From Deltaproteobacteria bacterium (GTDB lineage: Bacteria; Desulfobacterota; GWC2-55-46), in the NCBI GenBank assembly GCA_016182655.1, contig JACPGB010000056.1, positions 18,572-82,571 on the forward strand: a stretch of DNA of 64,000 nucleotides, in the 5' to 3' direction. The position numbers were made by a program, and so were the translations under genes. Numbering within the stretch: position 1 is the first letter of the stretch; every line of letters starts with the position of its first letter. Positions 51,530 through 61,582 of this stretch are shown in pieces. The notes under the pieces were generated by a model. The model did no database searches, had not been told where the DNA came from, and was given only the letters and a program-made list of their open reading frames with translations.

Positions 51530-52672
51530 CTATCTCCTCTTTTCGAGCTTTTCGATCTTTTCGCGGAGCTCTTTCATCCTGAGCTCCCGTTTTATCGTCG
51601 CACTTTTGAACCTCTCGAGCTCCTCTATCTTCTGCCGGAGCCTCTCCTCGGCGGCCTTGCGGGCGGATATGTCCCTGATGATGCCGGTAGAGTGCCACTT
51701 GCCCTTTATGTTCATGGCGGATATCGAGAGCTCGACCGGGAACTCGGTCCCGTCCTTGTTCAGGCCAGATAGTTCTAACGATTTGCCTACTATCGGCCCG
51801 GTCCCGGTCTGCATGAATCCGTTAAAAGCCGCCTTCGCCCTTTCCCTTAACTTCTCCGGCACTATGTAGTCGTGCATGTCCCTGCCTATTATCTCGGAGG
51901 CCTCAAAGCCGAACATCTCCTCGGCCTTCCTGTTCCAGAGGTACACGAGCCCGCGCTCGTCCACGCAGACGATCGCGTCGCTCGCGGTGTCGACCACCGA
52001 GCGGAACCTCTCTTCGTTCTCCTTTAGCGCGGTCTCGGCCTTTTTCCTGTCCGTCACCTCATTGGTGAGCTCGGCGGTCCTCTGCCGCACCTTCTCCTCG
52101 AGGAGGTCGTTCAAGGATTTGAGCTCCTCCTGCGCCCTGTTGAGATCCCTGTTCTGGAGTATCGCGTTCTCGTAGGTGCTGAGCAGAAGGTTCAGCGTCT
52201 GTCCCCTCCCCGATTGTATGGAGTACGCCTTGCCGTTGTACAGGACCTCGACCGACCTGTCCTCGCGGTTGTTCCTGCACTGCACCGGGGTATCGATGAG
52301 GGCCGCTATCCTATTAAGTAGGTAGCCCGGGTCGTAAGGCTTGATGACATAATTGTCGGCCCCCGCGTTCAAACCCTTTATGATGTCCTCGGTCTCCACA
52401 AGGGTGGTAAGGAGTATGAACGGGATATCTCTCAATGCTTCGTCGTTCTTTACGCGCTTGCACATCTCGTACCCGTCCATGACGGGCATGATTATGTCGC
52501 TGATGACGGCGACGGGCATCCTCTCCCTTATGGCATCGAGCCCCTCGGCGCCGTTCCCGGCCACCCTTGCCGAATAACCGTTTTCGAGGAGGAGTTTTTT
52601 GAGCATGAACGCCTGTACGTCACTGTCCTCTACTATGAGGACCTCTTTTTTATCCGCGGTTTCTTCCGTCAT
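51530..52672 (-). CDS. Response regulator: REC, coiled coil, PAS and a coiled-coil tail, with no catalytic or DNA-binding output
   Basis: REC is VLIVEDSDVQAFMLKKLL...VISDIIMPVMDGYEMCKRVK...PFILLTT. PAS is EERFRSVVDTASDAIVCVD... The tail is IEELERFKSATIKRELRMKELREKIEKLE. The stop is 1 nt from the next start. Confidence 0.85.
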   Translation of the reverse strand: MTEETADKKEVLIVEDSDVQAFMLKKLLLENGYSARVAGNGAEGLDAIRERMPVAVISDIIMPVMDGYEMCKRVKNDEALRDIPFILLTTLVETEDIIKGLNAGADNYVIKPYDPGYLLNRIAALIDTPVQCRNNREDRSVEVLYNGKAYSIQSGRGQTLNLLLSTYENAILQNRDLNRAQEELKSLNDLLEEKVRQRTAELTNEVTDRKKAETALKENEERFRSVVDTASDAIVCVDERGLVYLWNRKAEEMFGFEASEIIGRDMHDYIVPEKLRERAKAAFNGFMQTGTGPIVGKSLELSGLNKDGTEFPVELSISAMNIKGKWHSTGIIRDISARKAAEERLRQKIEELERFKSATIKRELRMKELREKIEKLEKRR

Positions 52673-52685
52673 GACTGCCTTTCTC

Positions 52686-53753
52686 TCAAGATACCCTGGA
52701 GAGTATCGAATGTGATATCTCGTATAACGGAAGGACCTCGGAGGCCCCGCCGAGCTCTATGGCCCTTCTGGGCATGCTGAATATTACGCTCGTAGCCTCG
52801 TCCTGGGCAATGGTGCCGCCCCCGGCCGAGGCAATCGAGCGCATGCCCTCGGCCCCGTCGGACCCCATGCCGGTCAGCAACACGCCGAGGACCCCTCCTC
52901 CGTAATATTCCGCGAGCGAGTTGAAGGTCACGGTAATGGAGGGCCTGTGCGGGTTGAAAGGCTCACGGGAGTATGCGAACCTGCCATCTTTGCCGACTAT
53001 GAGATGATAGCCCTCCTCCGGGAAATAGACGCGTCCGGGAACGGGCCTCTCTCCCTCGACGGCCTTGCGCACTTCGAGCGCGCAGGACCCTTTCAGCCAT
53101 TCCATGAGCCCGGCGAGGAAGCCGTCGCTTATGTGCTGGACGCACACGACCGGGACCGGGAAGTCGCGGGGCAGTCCCGATAGTATGAGGGAAAGGGCCT
53201 GCGGGCCGCCGGTCGAGGCCCCTATGGCGACTATCTCGGGCCTCCGTGAGCCGGGCCTCGATGCCGGGTTGGGCATCCTCCCGGGTCCGGGCCGCCTCGC
53301 GAACCTCCTGAATACATGCACCCCCGAAAGGACCCTTATTCTGCTCAAAAACTCGTCGGCGTGCGCCTTGAAGCCCGCCTCCATCTCTCCCCTGGGCTTC
53401 GAGAAGAGGTCCACCGCTCCGGCCTCTATGAGCTTGAAAGCGTTCTCTGACGACCTTTCGACGGATACGGACACGACGAGTATCGGCTTCGGGAACTTCT
53501 CCATCACCTGCCGCGTGAACTCCAGCCCGTCCATCTCCGGCATGTGAAGGTCGGTGCAGATCACATCCGGGTCTATCGAGGCGAGTTTTTCCAACGCCTC
53601 CTTCGCGGACCTGAACTCGGAGGCGACATCGATATCCGGGGACGAGGAGATTATCCTTTTCATGACGGCGAGCGCAAGCGGGGAGTCGTCTATGAGGAGG
53701 ACCCTTATCTTCTTGTTGTTATTTCCGTTGCTGATCATGATGCCCCTATCCAC
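52686..53753 (-). CDS. cheB: Chemotaxis response regulator protein-glutamate methylesterase
   Basis: REC is IRVLLIDDSPLALAVMKRII...DLHMPEMDG. The methylesterase motifs are IVAIGASTGGPQAL, VQHISDGF and LLTGMGSDGAEG. Confidence 0.9.
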   Translation of the reverse strand: MDRGIMISNGNNNKKIRVLLIDDSPLALAVMKRIISSSPDIDVASEFRSAKEALEKLASIDPDVICTDLHMPEMDGLEFTRQVMEKFPKPILVVSVSVERSSENAFKLIEAGAVDLFSKPRGEMEAGFKAHADEFLSRIRVLSGVHVFRRFARRPGPGRMPNPASRPGSRRPEIVAIGASTGGPQALSLILSGLPRDFPVPVVCVQHISDGFLAGLMEWLKGSCALEVRKAVEGERPVPGRVYFPEEGYHLIVGKDGRFAYSREPFNPHRPSITVTFNSLAEYYGGGVLGVLLTGMGSDGAEGMRSIASAGGGTIAQDEATSVIFSMPRRAIELGGASEVLPLYEISHSILSRVS

Positions 53754-53761
53754 CCCATGGG

Positions 53762-56011
53762 TCAGACGAGCCTGCCGAGCGTTTCAAGGAATACCTTCTG
53801 GTCGAAGGCCGGTTTAGCAAGGTACGCGTTCGCCCCGGCGTCGAGCCCGCGCTTCCTGTCGTCCTCTGACGACAGGGTGGTCACGAGTATGATGGGAAGC
53901 TCATTAAGCCTCTTGTCCTGCCGTATCCGGGCCGTTAGCGCGAGTCCGTCCATGTTCGGCATCATTATGTCCGAGACTACGGCGTCGAATGAGCGGGAGG
54001 AGAGCTTCTGGAGCGCGTCAAGCCCGTCGACCGCCGTCGTGACCTCGTAGCCGCCGCCTTCGAGGATGCGTTTTTCCTGCGTCCTCGTCGTTATGGAGTC
54101 CTCGACGAGGAGGACCGATTTTTTGCGCCCCTTCGCACGCGGCCCTGGCGCGGACGGATGCGCGGCCGCGCCCGGCTTCTTGAGGGTTTTCAGCATGTCG
54201 GCCGGGTTCAGTACCATCGCGACCTCGCCGCCTCCGAGGATCGTCGCCCCAGAGACATTCCGCACCCTTTTAAGGAGCGCGCTCTGCGGCTTCAATACGA
54301 CCTCCTCCTCGTCCAATAGACCGTCGACTACGACTCCGAATCTCTCGTCGTTCGACTGCATGAACACGCAGGCGAGCCCTTCCTTGTCCTTGCCTTTTTC
54401 GCTTCCGGGGCCGTCTTCATCGAGCCCGAGGACGGCTGAGAGCCGTGCCACCGTTACAGGGACCCCGTCGAGGAGGGCCGACTCCCTCCCCTCGACAGGG
54501 AAGACCTCTCCCGGCCTCAAGACCCTGCTCGAATGCACGGACTCTACCGGTATCGCGTACTTCCTCCCATTAAGAAGAGCTATTATTACTCTGGCCGTGG
54601 CAAGCGCCACCGGAAGAGTTATAATGGTCCTCATCCCCTTGCCGGGCTCGGACTCCACGCGGACAGCGCCCTTGAGCCTCTCGACATTCACCCTTACGAT
54701 ATCGAGGCCGACCCCCCTGCCGGAAGTCTCGGTCACTGCCCAGCTCGTGGTAAGCCCCGGGGCGAATATGAGTGAGCGCGCCTCGGCCTGCGTCATTGCC
54801 TGGACCTCTTGCTCCGCGACGAGCCCCATTTTTAACGCGGCCCTTTTGACCGCCTCTTCGTCAAGGCCCCTGCCGTCGTCCGAGACCTCGATGACTATGT
54901 TGGACTCGTTACGCAAGGCGCTTAAGGAGACCGTCCCTGTCGCAGGTTTCCCAGCCCTCTCGCGCTCGACAGCCCCCTCTATCCCGTGGTCTATCGAGTT
55001 CCTTATGGTGTGCATGAGCGGGTCCTTCATCTCTTCTATGACGCGCTTGTCCGCCCTTACATCGTTGCCCTCGACGAGAAACCTCACTTCCTTGCCCCTT
55101 TCGCGGGCAAGGTCCCGTATCATGCGGGGAAAGAGGTTGAAGAGCGTCGATAAAGGCAGTAGCCGCGCTTCCCCTATGCTCTCTCCCATCGAGCCCGAAA
55201 TGGACGAAAGGCGCGCCTCGTCGTCGTAGAGCGATGACCGGAGCCTCTCCAGGCCCGAGGAAAACGCCTGAAGCCCTTCGCTGAGGCGGCCGTCCGTTGA
55301 TACGGCGCGCCGCAACCGTTTTGAGAGCTCCTCCCACGAGTCGAAGAGCGTGTCGGCTTCCGATAACCTCTGTGACAGCCTTGTCCTCATGACGGCGAGC
55401 TCGCCGGCCCCTGTCATGAGCTCGTCGAGCTTTTTCGTCTCGATCCGTATGGTGTCTATCCTGTAACCCCCGTGCGCGTGAAGGCGGTCTTTGAGGCCTT
55501 CACCGTCGGCGGCGCCGGCCCCCTCGGAAGGATCCCCCGTCGGAGCCGCCCGGCTCACGCCGGCTTCGGAAGGACCCGCGCCTATTGCGCCGCGGTCCGC
55601 GGGCGGCTCTGCGCCTCCCCGCACGACGGCGCCCTTCTCGCCGGTGTCGAGGAGCCTTATTATATCGGTGACGACTACCCCGGCCTTTTCGCCGGTAGTC
55701 GCCTCTTTTACGAGCGAGCGCACGGCGTCTATCGCCCCGTATATGCGGTCTGCCAGCCCTGGAAAGAACTCCTTCTCGCCTTTCTTTACCGCGCCGAGGA
55801 TGTCCTCGACCCTGTGGGCGATGAGTTCTATGTCCTTGACGCCGACCATCCTCGCCGCGCCTTTGAGGCTGTGCGCATCCCTGAACGCCTCCTCCATGAT
55901 GGGTGAGTCCCCCGGCGTCTTTTCGAGCGCGAGCACGCCCCTCTCAAGATTTGAAAGGTGCTCTTCGCTCTCGGCCTTGAACAGGTCGCGCAGTTCCCTG
56001 TCTTCTATCAT
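53762..56011 (-). CDS. cheA: Hybrid chemotaxis histidine kinase CheA with a C-terminal receiver domain
   Basis: Hpt is FRDAHSLKGAARMVG and HATPase is IEVSDDGRGLD. A CheW-like domain follows, then the C-terminal REC VLLVEDSITTRTQEKRIL...VSDIMMPNMDGLALTARIR. Confidence 0.9.
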   Translation of the reverse strand: MIEDRELRDLFKAESEEHLSNLERGVLALEKTPGDSPIMEEAFRDAHSLKGAARMVGVKDIELIAHRVEDILGAVKKGEKEFFPGLADRIYGAIDAVRSLVKEATTGEKAGVVVTDIIRLLDTGEKGAVVRGGAEPPADRGAIGAGPSEAGVSRAAPTGDPSEGAGAADGEGLKDRLHAHGGYRIDTIRIETKKLDELMTGAGELAVMRTRLSQRLSEADTLFDSWEELSKRLRRAVSTDGRLSEGLQAFSSGLERLRSSLYDDEARLSSISGSMGESIGEARLLPLSTLFNLFPRMIRDLARERGKEVRFLVEGNDVRADKRVIEEMKDPLMHTIRNSIDHGIEGAVERERAGKPATGTVSLSALRNESNIVIEVSDDGRGLDEEAVKRAALKMGLVAEQEVQAMTQAEARSLIFAPGLTTSWAVTETSGRGVGLDIVRVNVERLKGAVRVESEPGKGMRTIITLPVALATARVIIALLNGRKYAIPVESVHSSRVLRPGEVFPVEGRESALLDGVPVTVARLSAVLGLDEDGPGSEKGKDKEGLACVFMQSNDERFGVVVDGLLDEEEVVLKPQSALLKRVRNVSGATILGGGEVAMVLNPADMLKTLKKPGAAAHPSAPGPRAKGRKKSVLLVEDSITTRTQEKRILEGGGYEVTTAVDGLDALQKLSSRSFDAVVSDIMMPNMDGLALTARIRQDKRLNELPIILVTTLSSEDDRKRGLDAGANAYLAKPAFDQKVFLETLGRLV

Positions 56012-56046
56012 AAGCGCGGTACTTCGGGCTGATTAAAGCGCCCGTC

Positions 56047-57492
56047 CTATACCATCTCGTTAAGGGCCTTTGCCCTCTCGTTTATCCTGTCTATCCCTAC
56101 CTTTGTCTGGGCTATGCCTGCGGCGGTCTCCTTCGAGCCGGCCGTTATGGCGTTCATCGCCTCCATGACCTGTTTTATCGCCGCGGCCTGCTGTGCTATG
56201 TTGAGCGAGATCTGCCTGAAGTTGTCGAACGCCCCGGTTATGGAGGCGTTCACGCCGCTGAAGGCCTCTGTCGTCCTCTCGGCGAGCCGGGCGCCTTCCT
56301 CCACGGTCTTGGCGCCTTCCTCGGTCGCCATTATCACGGCGTTCGTCGCCTTCTGTATGTCGGTCACAATATTGTTCACCCGCTCGGCGGATTTCCTCGC
56401 CTGGTCGGCGAGCTTCCTCACCTCCTGGGCTATGACATTGAAGCCCTTGCCGTGCTCTCCGGCCCTTACGGCCTCCACGGCCGCGTTCAGTGCGAGCATG
56501 TTTATCTGAGACGATATGTCGGTGACGAGGTTGGCTATCGCCCCTATCTGGGCCGTCTGCTCGCTCAACTTGAGTATCTCCCCGGCGATAGTCCCCGACC
56601 TTTCCTTTATCGTCGCCATCCCGTCTATAGTCTGCTCCACGGTCTTCAATCCCTCTTCCGCCAGAGAGAGCGCGTGCTTCGCCCCATCGGTGGCCGTCTC
56701 CGACTGCTCGGAGACCTTTCTGGAAGATGCCCCGAGCTCGTTCATCGTGGCGGCCGTCTCGGTGACCGATGCCGACTGCGCCGTGGCGGTCCTCTCGTGC
56801 TCGGCGACGGTCGAGGCTATCTCGGATGTGGCCGCCGAGACCGCGTTGGTGGACTCCTTGACCGACCTCGAAATCCACGAGGATACGAAAAGCGCCCCTG
56901 CTATCGCAAGCCCTATGGAGACGAGCGTTCCGGCTATTACCGCCGTGTAGAGCACCCTGGTGGCCGAGACCGCCGCATCCTCCATCTTCGCGAATATTTC
57001 CCCCTGATATTTCCGAATGTCATTCAATATCGGCTTTATCTCGCCCCAGATGGAGTGCGCCTCCTTCACGACCGGGGCCACCGCATCCGTAGTTTTGCCC
57101 CTGTCAGCGAGATCTATCACCTTTGACCCGAGCCCGTAATACTCCCTGCCGAGCGCCACGAGTTTCGCGAGGCGCTCCTTCTGGACCGGGTCGGTTATCG
57201 CTTCGGCCTTTCTCGCGACCTCCTCGAAGTTTCTCTTTCCGTTTTCAAAGGTCGCCTTAACGGAGGGGTCGCGCATTATGACATACCCCCTCGCCGACCT
57301 GACCATCTCGTTCATCGAGTCGTTAAGGTCGTTCACCATGCCGACCTCCCGCGCCGTCTCTATCATGCCTTCGACGGAGCTCGATACCTGGCGCGCCGTA
57401 ACGAGCACGATGATTGTCACTATTACGAAAAGCGCCGCACCGATGAGGTTCCCGAGGAGCATCCCCGTCCTGACCTTCATGCTTCCGCGCAT
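56047..57492 (-). CDS. Methyl-accepting chemotaxis protein with a CHASE3-like periplasmic domain
   Basis: Two TM segments. The sensor motif is [14 protein letters not shown]. The signalling hairpin is [36 protein letters not shown] saw no clear HAMP after TM2. Confidence 0.9.
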   Translation of the reverse strand: MRGSMKVRTGMLLGNLIGAALFVIVTIIVLVTARQVSSSVEGMIETAREVGMVNDLNDSMNEMVRSARGYVIMRDPSVKATFENGKRNFEEVARKAEAITDPVQKERLAKLVALGREYYGLGSKVIDLADRGKTTDAVAPVVKEAHSIWGEIKPILNDIRKYQGEIFAKMEDAAVSATRVLYTAVIAGTLVSIGLAIAGALFVSSWISRSVKESTNAVSAATSEIASTVAEHERTATAQSASVTETAATMNELGASSRKVSEQSETATDGAKHALSLAEEGLKTVEQTIDGMATIKERSGTIAGEILKLSEQTAQIGAIANLVTDISSQINMLALNAAVEAVRAGEHGKGFNVIAQEVRKLADQARKSAERVNNIVTDIQKATNAVIMATEEGAKTVEEGARLAERTTEAFSGVNASITGAFDNFRQISLNIAQQAAAIKQVMEAMNAITAGSKETAAGIAQTKVGIDRINERAKALNEMV

Positions 57493-57514
57493 ATGATCCG
57501 TCTCCTTTTCATGT

Positions 57515-58513
57515 CTACACGGCCTCGTCGACGGAAAGGCCGCCTTTCGTGAGCATCCTTTTGAGGTCTATAACCGCGAGGACACCGTCGTTCCGCCTCG
57601 CCGCGCCCAGCATGTACTCCTCTTCCGCCGGTTTCGGAGAGAGCGGGGTGGATACGATCTCCTCAGGGCTCAAATAGACTATCTCCTCTATGGAGTCGGC
57701 AAGCACCCCGGCCCTTACGCCGCCGGCCTCCGCGACTACTACCTTTGAGCCGGGCCCGGGAACCGCCGGGGACATGCCAAGCGGCCCTCTTATGTCGATG
57801 ACGGTCAAGATGTCCCCCCGAAGATTCGTGTCTCCAAGTATGTGCGCCGGCGTGCACGGGACCGGCGTAATATCTTTCAGGTCCGCGAACTCCCGGATGC
57901 TTTCGCACCCTATGGCGAAGCTCTCGCTTCCGAGCGCGATCACCGCAAAGGGCGTTCCCCCTTTGCCGGGCCCGTCTGACGGCTCCATCAACCGCCTTGC
58001 CCTGTCTTTGAGGACCGACTTTTCCTCCTGTGACGCCTCGGGCCAGAACGCACGCAGGCCTTCCGCATTTACTTCCGGGCCTGTCCGGCGATCGATCAGG
58101 GCCTTAAGGTCCAGAAGCATCACTATGTCCCCGCCGCGCTTCGCCTCGCCCTCTATGAAGCGGTGGAGACCGCCTTCCTTCTGGATGGGTGAAAGCCCTT
58201 CGATCGCGGCCAGGGATATTTCCTCCACGGAGAGGATCTCGTTCGCTATTATCCCCAGCTCCGGGCCTTCCTCGACGATTATCACCGAGTCATCGACCGA
58301 ATACCCGTTGGAGGGGTGAGCGAACCTCATCTTCAGGTCCATGACCGGGATGATCGAGCCGCGAAGGTTGAAAAAACCGGGGATATAAAAAGGCGACTCC
58401 TCTATGGGGGTAAGCTCAGGGAGCTTGAGCATCTCCCTGACGCTTGCCGCCCGCACCCCGTAGAGCGAGCCCGAGAGACTGAATACCACAAAAGACGTGT
58501 CGGTATTTTCCAT
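57515..58513 (-). CDS. cheW: Tandem CheW-CheW coupling protein
   Basis: There are two CheW-like domains: [31 protein letters not shown]...[13 protein letters not shown] and [31 protein letters not shown]...[13 protein letters not shown]. The ATG at 58513 lies 8 nt after the cheR stop. The 80 extra codons in the track ORF overlap cheR. Confidence 0.85.
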   Translation of the reverse strand: MENTDTSFVVFSLSGSLYGVRAASVREMLKLPELTPIEESPFYIPGFFNLRGSIIPVMDLKMRFAHPSNGYSVDDSVIIVEEGPELGIIANEILSVEEISLAAIEGLSPIQKEGGLHRFIEGEAKRGGDIVMLLDLKALIDRRTGPEVNAEGLRAFWPEASQEEKSVLKDRARRLMEPSDGPGKGGTPFAVIALGSESFAIGCESIREFADLKDITPVPCTPAHILGDTNLRGDILTVIDIRGPLGMSPAVPGPGSKVVVAEAGGVRAGVLADSIEEIVYLSPEEIVSTPLSPKPAEEEYMLGAARRNDGVLAVIDLKRMLTKGGLSVDEAV

Positions 58514-58521
58514 AGGGCCCT

Positions 58522-59943
58522 CTATTTCTTCCTGCCTTCGGCCATCTTTCTGAGGTAGCCGGAGAGCTCCCCGGCATTGGTCCGTCCGTAATGCTCTATG
58601 GGCTCGTCCTGCGGCATGGAGGATAGGATCGAGAGCGCGCCGTCCCTCATCCTCTCCGCTCTCTCGATGAGCCCCTCGCTGTCGTAGATGGAGGCGAGCT
58701 CGAGATAGGCCGGAACGAAGGACGGGTTCAGATATATGGCCTTCTTGAGCCACTTCTTCGCGTCCTCGATCTCCCCGCTCTCCTCGGATATCCTGGCGAG
58801 TAGTAAATACGGCTCGATCGAGAGTTTGTCCGCGTCCAACGCCTTAAGGAGGCACTCGGAGGCCTTTTTGAGCTCCCCGGCGTCGGCGTATATGGAGGCG
58901 GCAAGGATCAGCGGCGCGGCATCGCCGGCTCCTTCGGCGCTCCGTACGGCTGACGGAGCGCGCATCCTCCCGTGGCGGGCCTTGGGCTTTGCCGCCGGGC
59001 CCGCAGGTAGTGAATGAATAAAAGGGATATCAGGCCTTAAGGCCATGTCCGCGTCATCTTCAAGGGACGCCTTTTGAAAGGCGCTCGATCCGGTGAAGGT
59101 CACGGTATTCAAGCCATTGACCTCGATGCCGCTCAGCTCTCCGTGGCCGGTGATGAGATACCCTCCCGGCGCGAGGGCCGATGCGAGCCTCCCGGCTATC
59201 TCGGAGACCGCCTTTCTCTTGTAATATATGAAGACATTCCTGCAGAGTATGAGGTCCATGCCGCCGGGGAGGCCGTCTCCCATGAGGTCGGCCTTTCTGA
59301 ACTCCACCATCTGCCTGATAGACGGGTCGACCTCCCGGTACGAGCCCGTTCTCCGGAACCAGGCACCCGTCTCATCCGGCTTCACCATGCGAAAGGACCA
59401 TTCACTGTAGAGACCCCTCCGTGCCTTTTCCAGGAGGTCGTCCCTTATATCGGTGCCGAGTATCGTGATATCCCAGGACTTGTAATCCGGCAGGGCCTCC
59501 CTTACGAGTATCGCAAGTGAATAAGGCTCCTCCCCGGAGGAACAGCCTGCGCTCCAGAGACTCAGGCGCTTTTCAGCGCGTCTTTTTTCTATTATCACGG
59601 GGAGTATGTTTGAACGGATGGTATCGAACTGCCCCTTGTCCCTGAAAAAAAAAGACTCGGGGACCGAAAGCAGGGCCTTCAAGGCCTCCGATTCCTTCCG
59701 GTCGAAAAGGGGGGAGCGGATAAGGCTCAGGTAATCCTCTACGGAGCGGCTTAAGTGCTTCGCCCTGACTGATGCGGCTTTCAAGAGGTCAGGGTAATCT
59801 TCAGGCCGGATGAGCAACCCTGTGGCCGCCGATACATCCGATATGAGTTTCAGCCTTTTTCCGTCCATTTCGAAGGTAAATGGGGCACTGCGCCATGTCC
59901 CATCCTCGTTTGAACCGGTCTCGCAGGATGCCGTTCCGCGCAT
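58522..59943 (-). CDS. cheR: CheR-type MCP methyltransferase with C-terminal TPR repeats
   Basis: FFRDKGQFD, LSLWSAGCSSGEEPYSLAIL and ILGTDI, then a roughly 130-aa TPR-like tail. An alternative start is at 59868. Confidence 0.85.
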   Translation of the reverse strand: MRGTASCETGSNEDGTWRSAPFTFEMDGKRLKLISDVSAATGLLIRPEDYPDLLKAASVRAKHLSRSVEDYLSLIRSPLFDRKESEALKALLSVPESFFFRDKGQFDTIRSNILPVIIEKRRAEKRLSLWSAGCSSGEEPYSLAILVREALPDYKSWDITILGTDIRDDLLEKARRGLYSEWSFRMVKPDETGAWFRRTGSYREVDPSIRQMVEFRKADLMGDGLPGGMDLILCRNVFIYYKRKAVSEIAGRLASALAPGGYLITGHGELSGIEVNGLNTVTFTGSSAFQKASLEDDADMALRPDIPFIHSLPAGPAAKPKARHGRMRAPSAVRSAEGAGDAAPLILAASIYADAGELKKASECLLKALDADKLSIEPYLLLARISEESGEIEDAKKWLKKAIYLNPSFVPAYLELASIYDSEGLIERAERMRDGALSILSSMPQDEPIEHYGRTNAGELSGYLRKMAEGRKK

Positions 59944-60120
59944 CCTGTCTCTTAGGCCCCGCCATCAGGGCCCTTTACGCCTGAAAGACGCCTTAAAGCA
60001 ATGTTTACAATAGTAATATCCTAAAACCCGTTTCACGTCAAGGCCTTATAGAGAGCATGTAAATCACGGATTGAGGCGGGTGATTTAAATATTTTAAATG
60101 GAGGATTGAGAGCCCGCGCC

Positions 60121-61443
60121 TCAGGCGCGCTCGGCCCGGTTCCTGCCCGCCTCCTTGGCCCTGTAAAGCGCGCCGTCCGCTTTTTTCACAAGCTCCGTGG
60201 GCGTAACGGCGTCCTCGGGGTATGAGGCTACCCCGAAACTCATGGTAAGGTCCCCTCCGGGCTGTTCCGATTCGTGCGGGAAGACCCTGTCCTTGACCAT
60301 CGCCCTGATCCTCTCGGCGAGAGAATGCGCCTCGTCTTTCCCGGTCTCCGGCAGTATTATCGAGAACTCCTCGCCCCCGTACCTCGCGAGCACGTCCTGG
60401 CCCCTTATGCCTTCCTTTAAACACGCGGACACTTCCGACAGGACCGCGTCTCCGGCCGGATGGCCGTTAAGGTCGTTATACTCCTTGAAATGGTCTATGT
60501 CGGACATTATGAGCGAGAGCCTTTTGCCGTACCGCTCGGCCCTCTTCAACTCCTCTTCAAGCCTCCCGGCGAAGTGCCTGTGATTATACGCGCCTGTAAG
60601 CCCGTCGGTTATGGAGAGCTCCTGCAGGCGTTCGTTGGCTTCATGAAGCTCCTTAGTCCTCTCGGCTATCTTTTTCTCAAGCTCCGCGTATGATTCCCCG
60701 AGCCTGCCCGCCATGCGGTTGAACTCCTCGGCGAGGAGGTTCATCTCGATCCCGTCCTTTATATCGACCCTGTGGTCGAGGTCGCCCTTGCCTATTATCG
60801 CCGCGCCTCTGGTGAGCTCATCTATTGGCCGGAGGATCGAGCGGAAGAGGTATAGAGCCACCATGGCGATGGCGATAAAAGACAGGAACGCGATGGTAAA
60901 GAGTATCGCGTCGACCTTGTGCCTCAAGGACGAGGCGGCATCCACCCTTGAGGACATCTCCTCCCTCTTCCCGAGATACACCCTGTCGAGGTGGTTGACA
61001 ATGATGTCGAGGGCGAGAGCGTCTATCTCCTCCATCTGAGCCGCCCTGCGCCCGTTACGCGCGGCCAGGGGGCTTGAGAAGATATTCATCGACTTCCGTT
61101 TAAGTACCTCGAACTTCCTTTCGGCCTCTCCTATCTCGCCGTCATACATGCCCGCGTCCTTAAGACGCTTGAACCTCTCCTCCACTTCCTTAACGAGATC
61201 GGCGAACCTCTCCTTCTCGGCCGGGTCGCCGGAGATGATATAGTCGTTCGCCGGCATCACGGCCATGTCAAGGGAGAGCTTCAGGTCGGAGATGTTTTTA
61301 AGCTCGCGGGAGGCGGTCTCCACTTCCATCATGCCGTCGTAGAGGAGATTCCTGTTATAAAGGGAGAGCAGTCCGAGAAATGAGAGCAGGGCGAAGACGA
61401 GGGAGAAGCTTGAGACTATCTTGGTCCTTAACGAAATGGCCAT
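60121..61443 (-). CDS. Membrane sensor diguanylate cyclase: CHASE3-like domain, HAMP and GGDEF
   Basis: TM1 is LLSFLGLLSLYN and the sensor motif is AVMPANDYIISG. HAMP is RPIDELTRGAAIIGKGDLDHRV. The cyclase motifs are DGLTGAYNHRHF and RGQDVLARYGGEEF, which include an RxxD I-site. Confidence 0.9.
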   Translation of the reverse strand: MAISLRTKIVSSFSLVFALLSFLGLLSLYNRNLLYDGMMEVETASRELKNISDLKLSLDMAVMPANDYIISGDPAEKERFADLVKEVEERFKRLKDAGMYDGEIGEAERKFEVLKRKSMNIFSSPLAARNGRRAAQMEEIDALALDIIVNHLDRVYLGKREEMSSRVDAASSLRHKVDAILFTIAFLSFIAIAMVALYLFRSILRPIDELTRGAAIIGKGDLDHRVDIKDGIEMNLLAEEFNRMAGRLGESYAELEKKIAERTKELHEANERLQELSITDGLTGAYNHRHFAGRLEEELKRAERYGKRLSLIMSDIDHFKEYNDLNGHPAGDAVLSEVSACLKEGIRGQDVLARYGGEEFSIILPETGKDEAHSLAERIRAMVKDRVFPHESEQPGGDLTMSFGVASYPEDAVTPTELVKKADGALYRAKEAGRNRAERA

Positions 61444-61582
61444 GAAAGGCCCCTGGTGAGTTGATTTTACCGACCAACGCCATGATAGCAGATTTCAGAT
61501 GTGGAATGAAAGGGAGATTTCAAAAAAATGGATGTTATCACGGAATGTTTACGAGGAAAGAAGGTCTAAGGAACGGCGTGGG

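Noticed and set aside
54066-56036. Plus-strand ORFs 54066-55229, 55472-55906 and 55491-56036
   Set aside because: They are antisense shadows of cheA.
56060-57126. ORFs 56060-56878 (-), 56452-57126 (+) and others inside the MCP gene
   Set aside because: They are off-frame or antisense products of the Ala/Glu-rich MCP coding sequence.
58514-58753. N-terminal 80 codons of the CheW-CheW track ORF
   Set aside because: They overlap the 3' end of cheR in another frame. CheW similarity begins at the ATG at 58513, which has an upstream purine-rich SD site.
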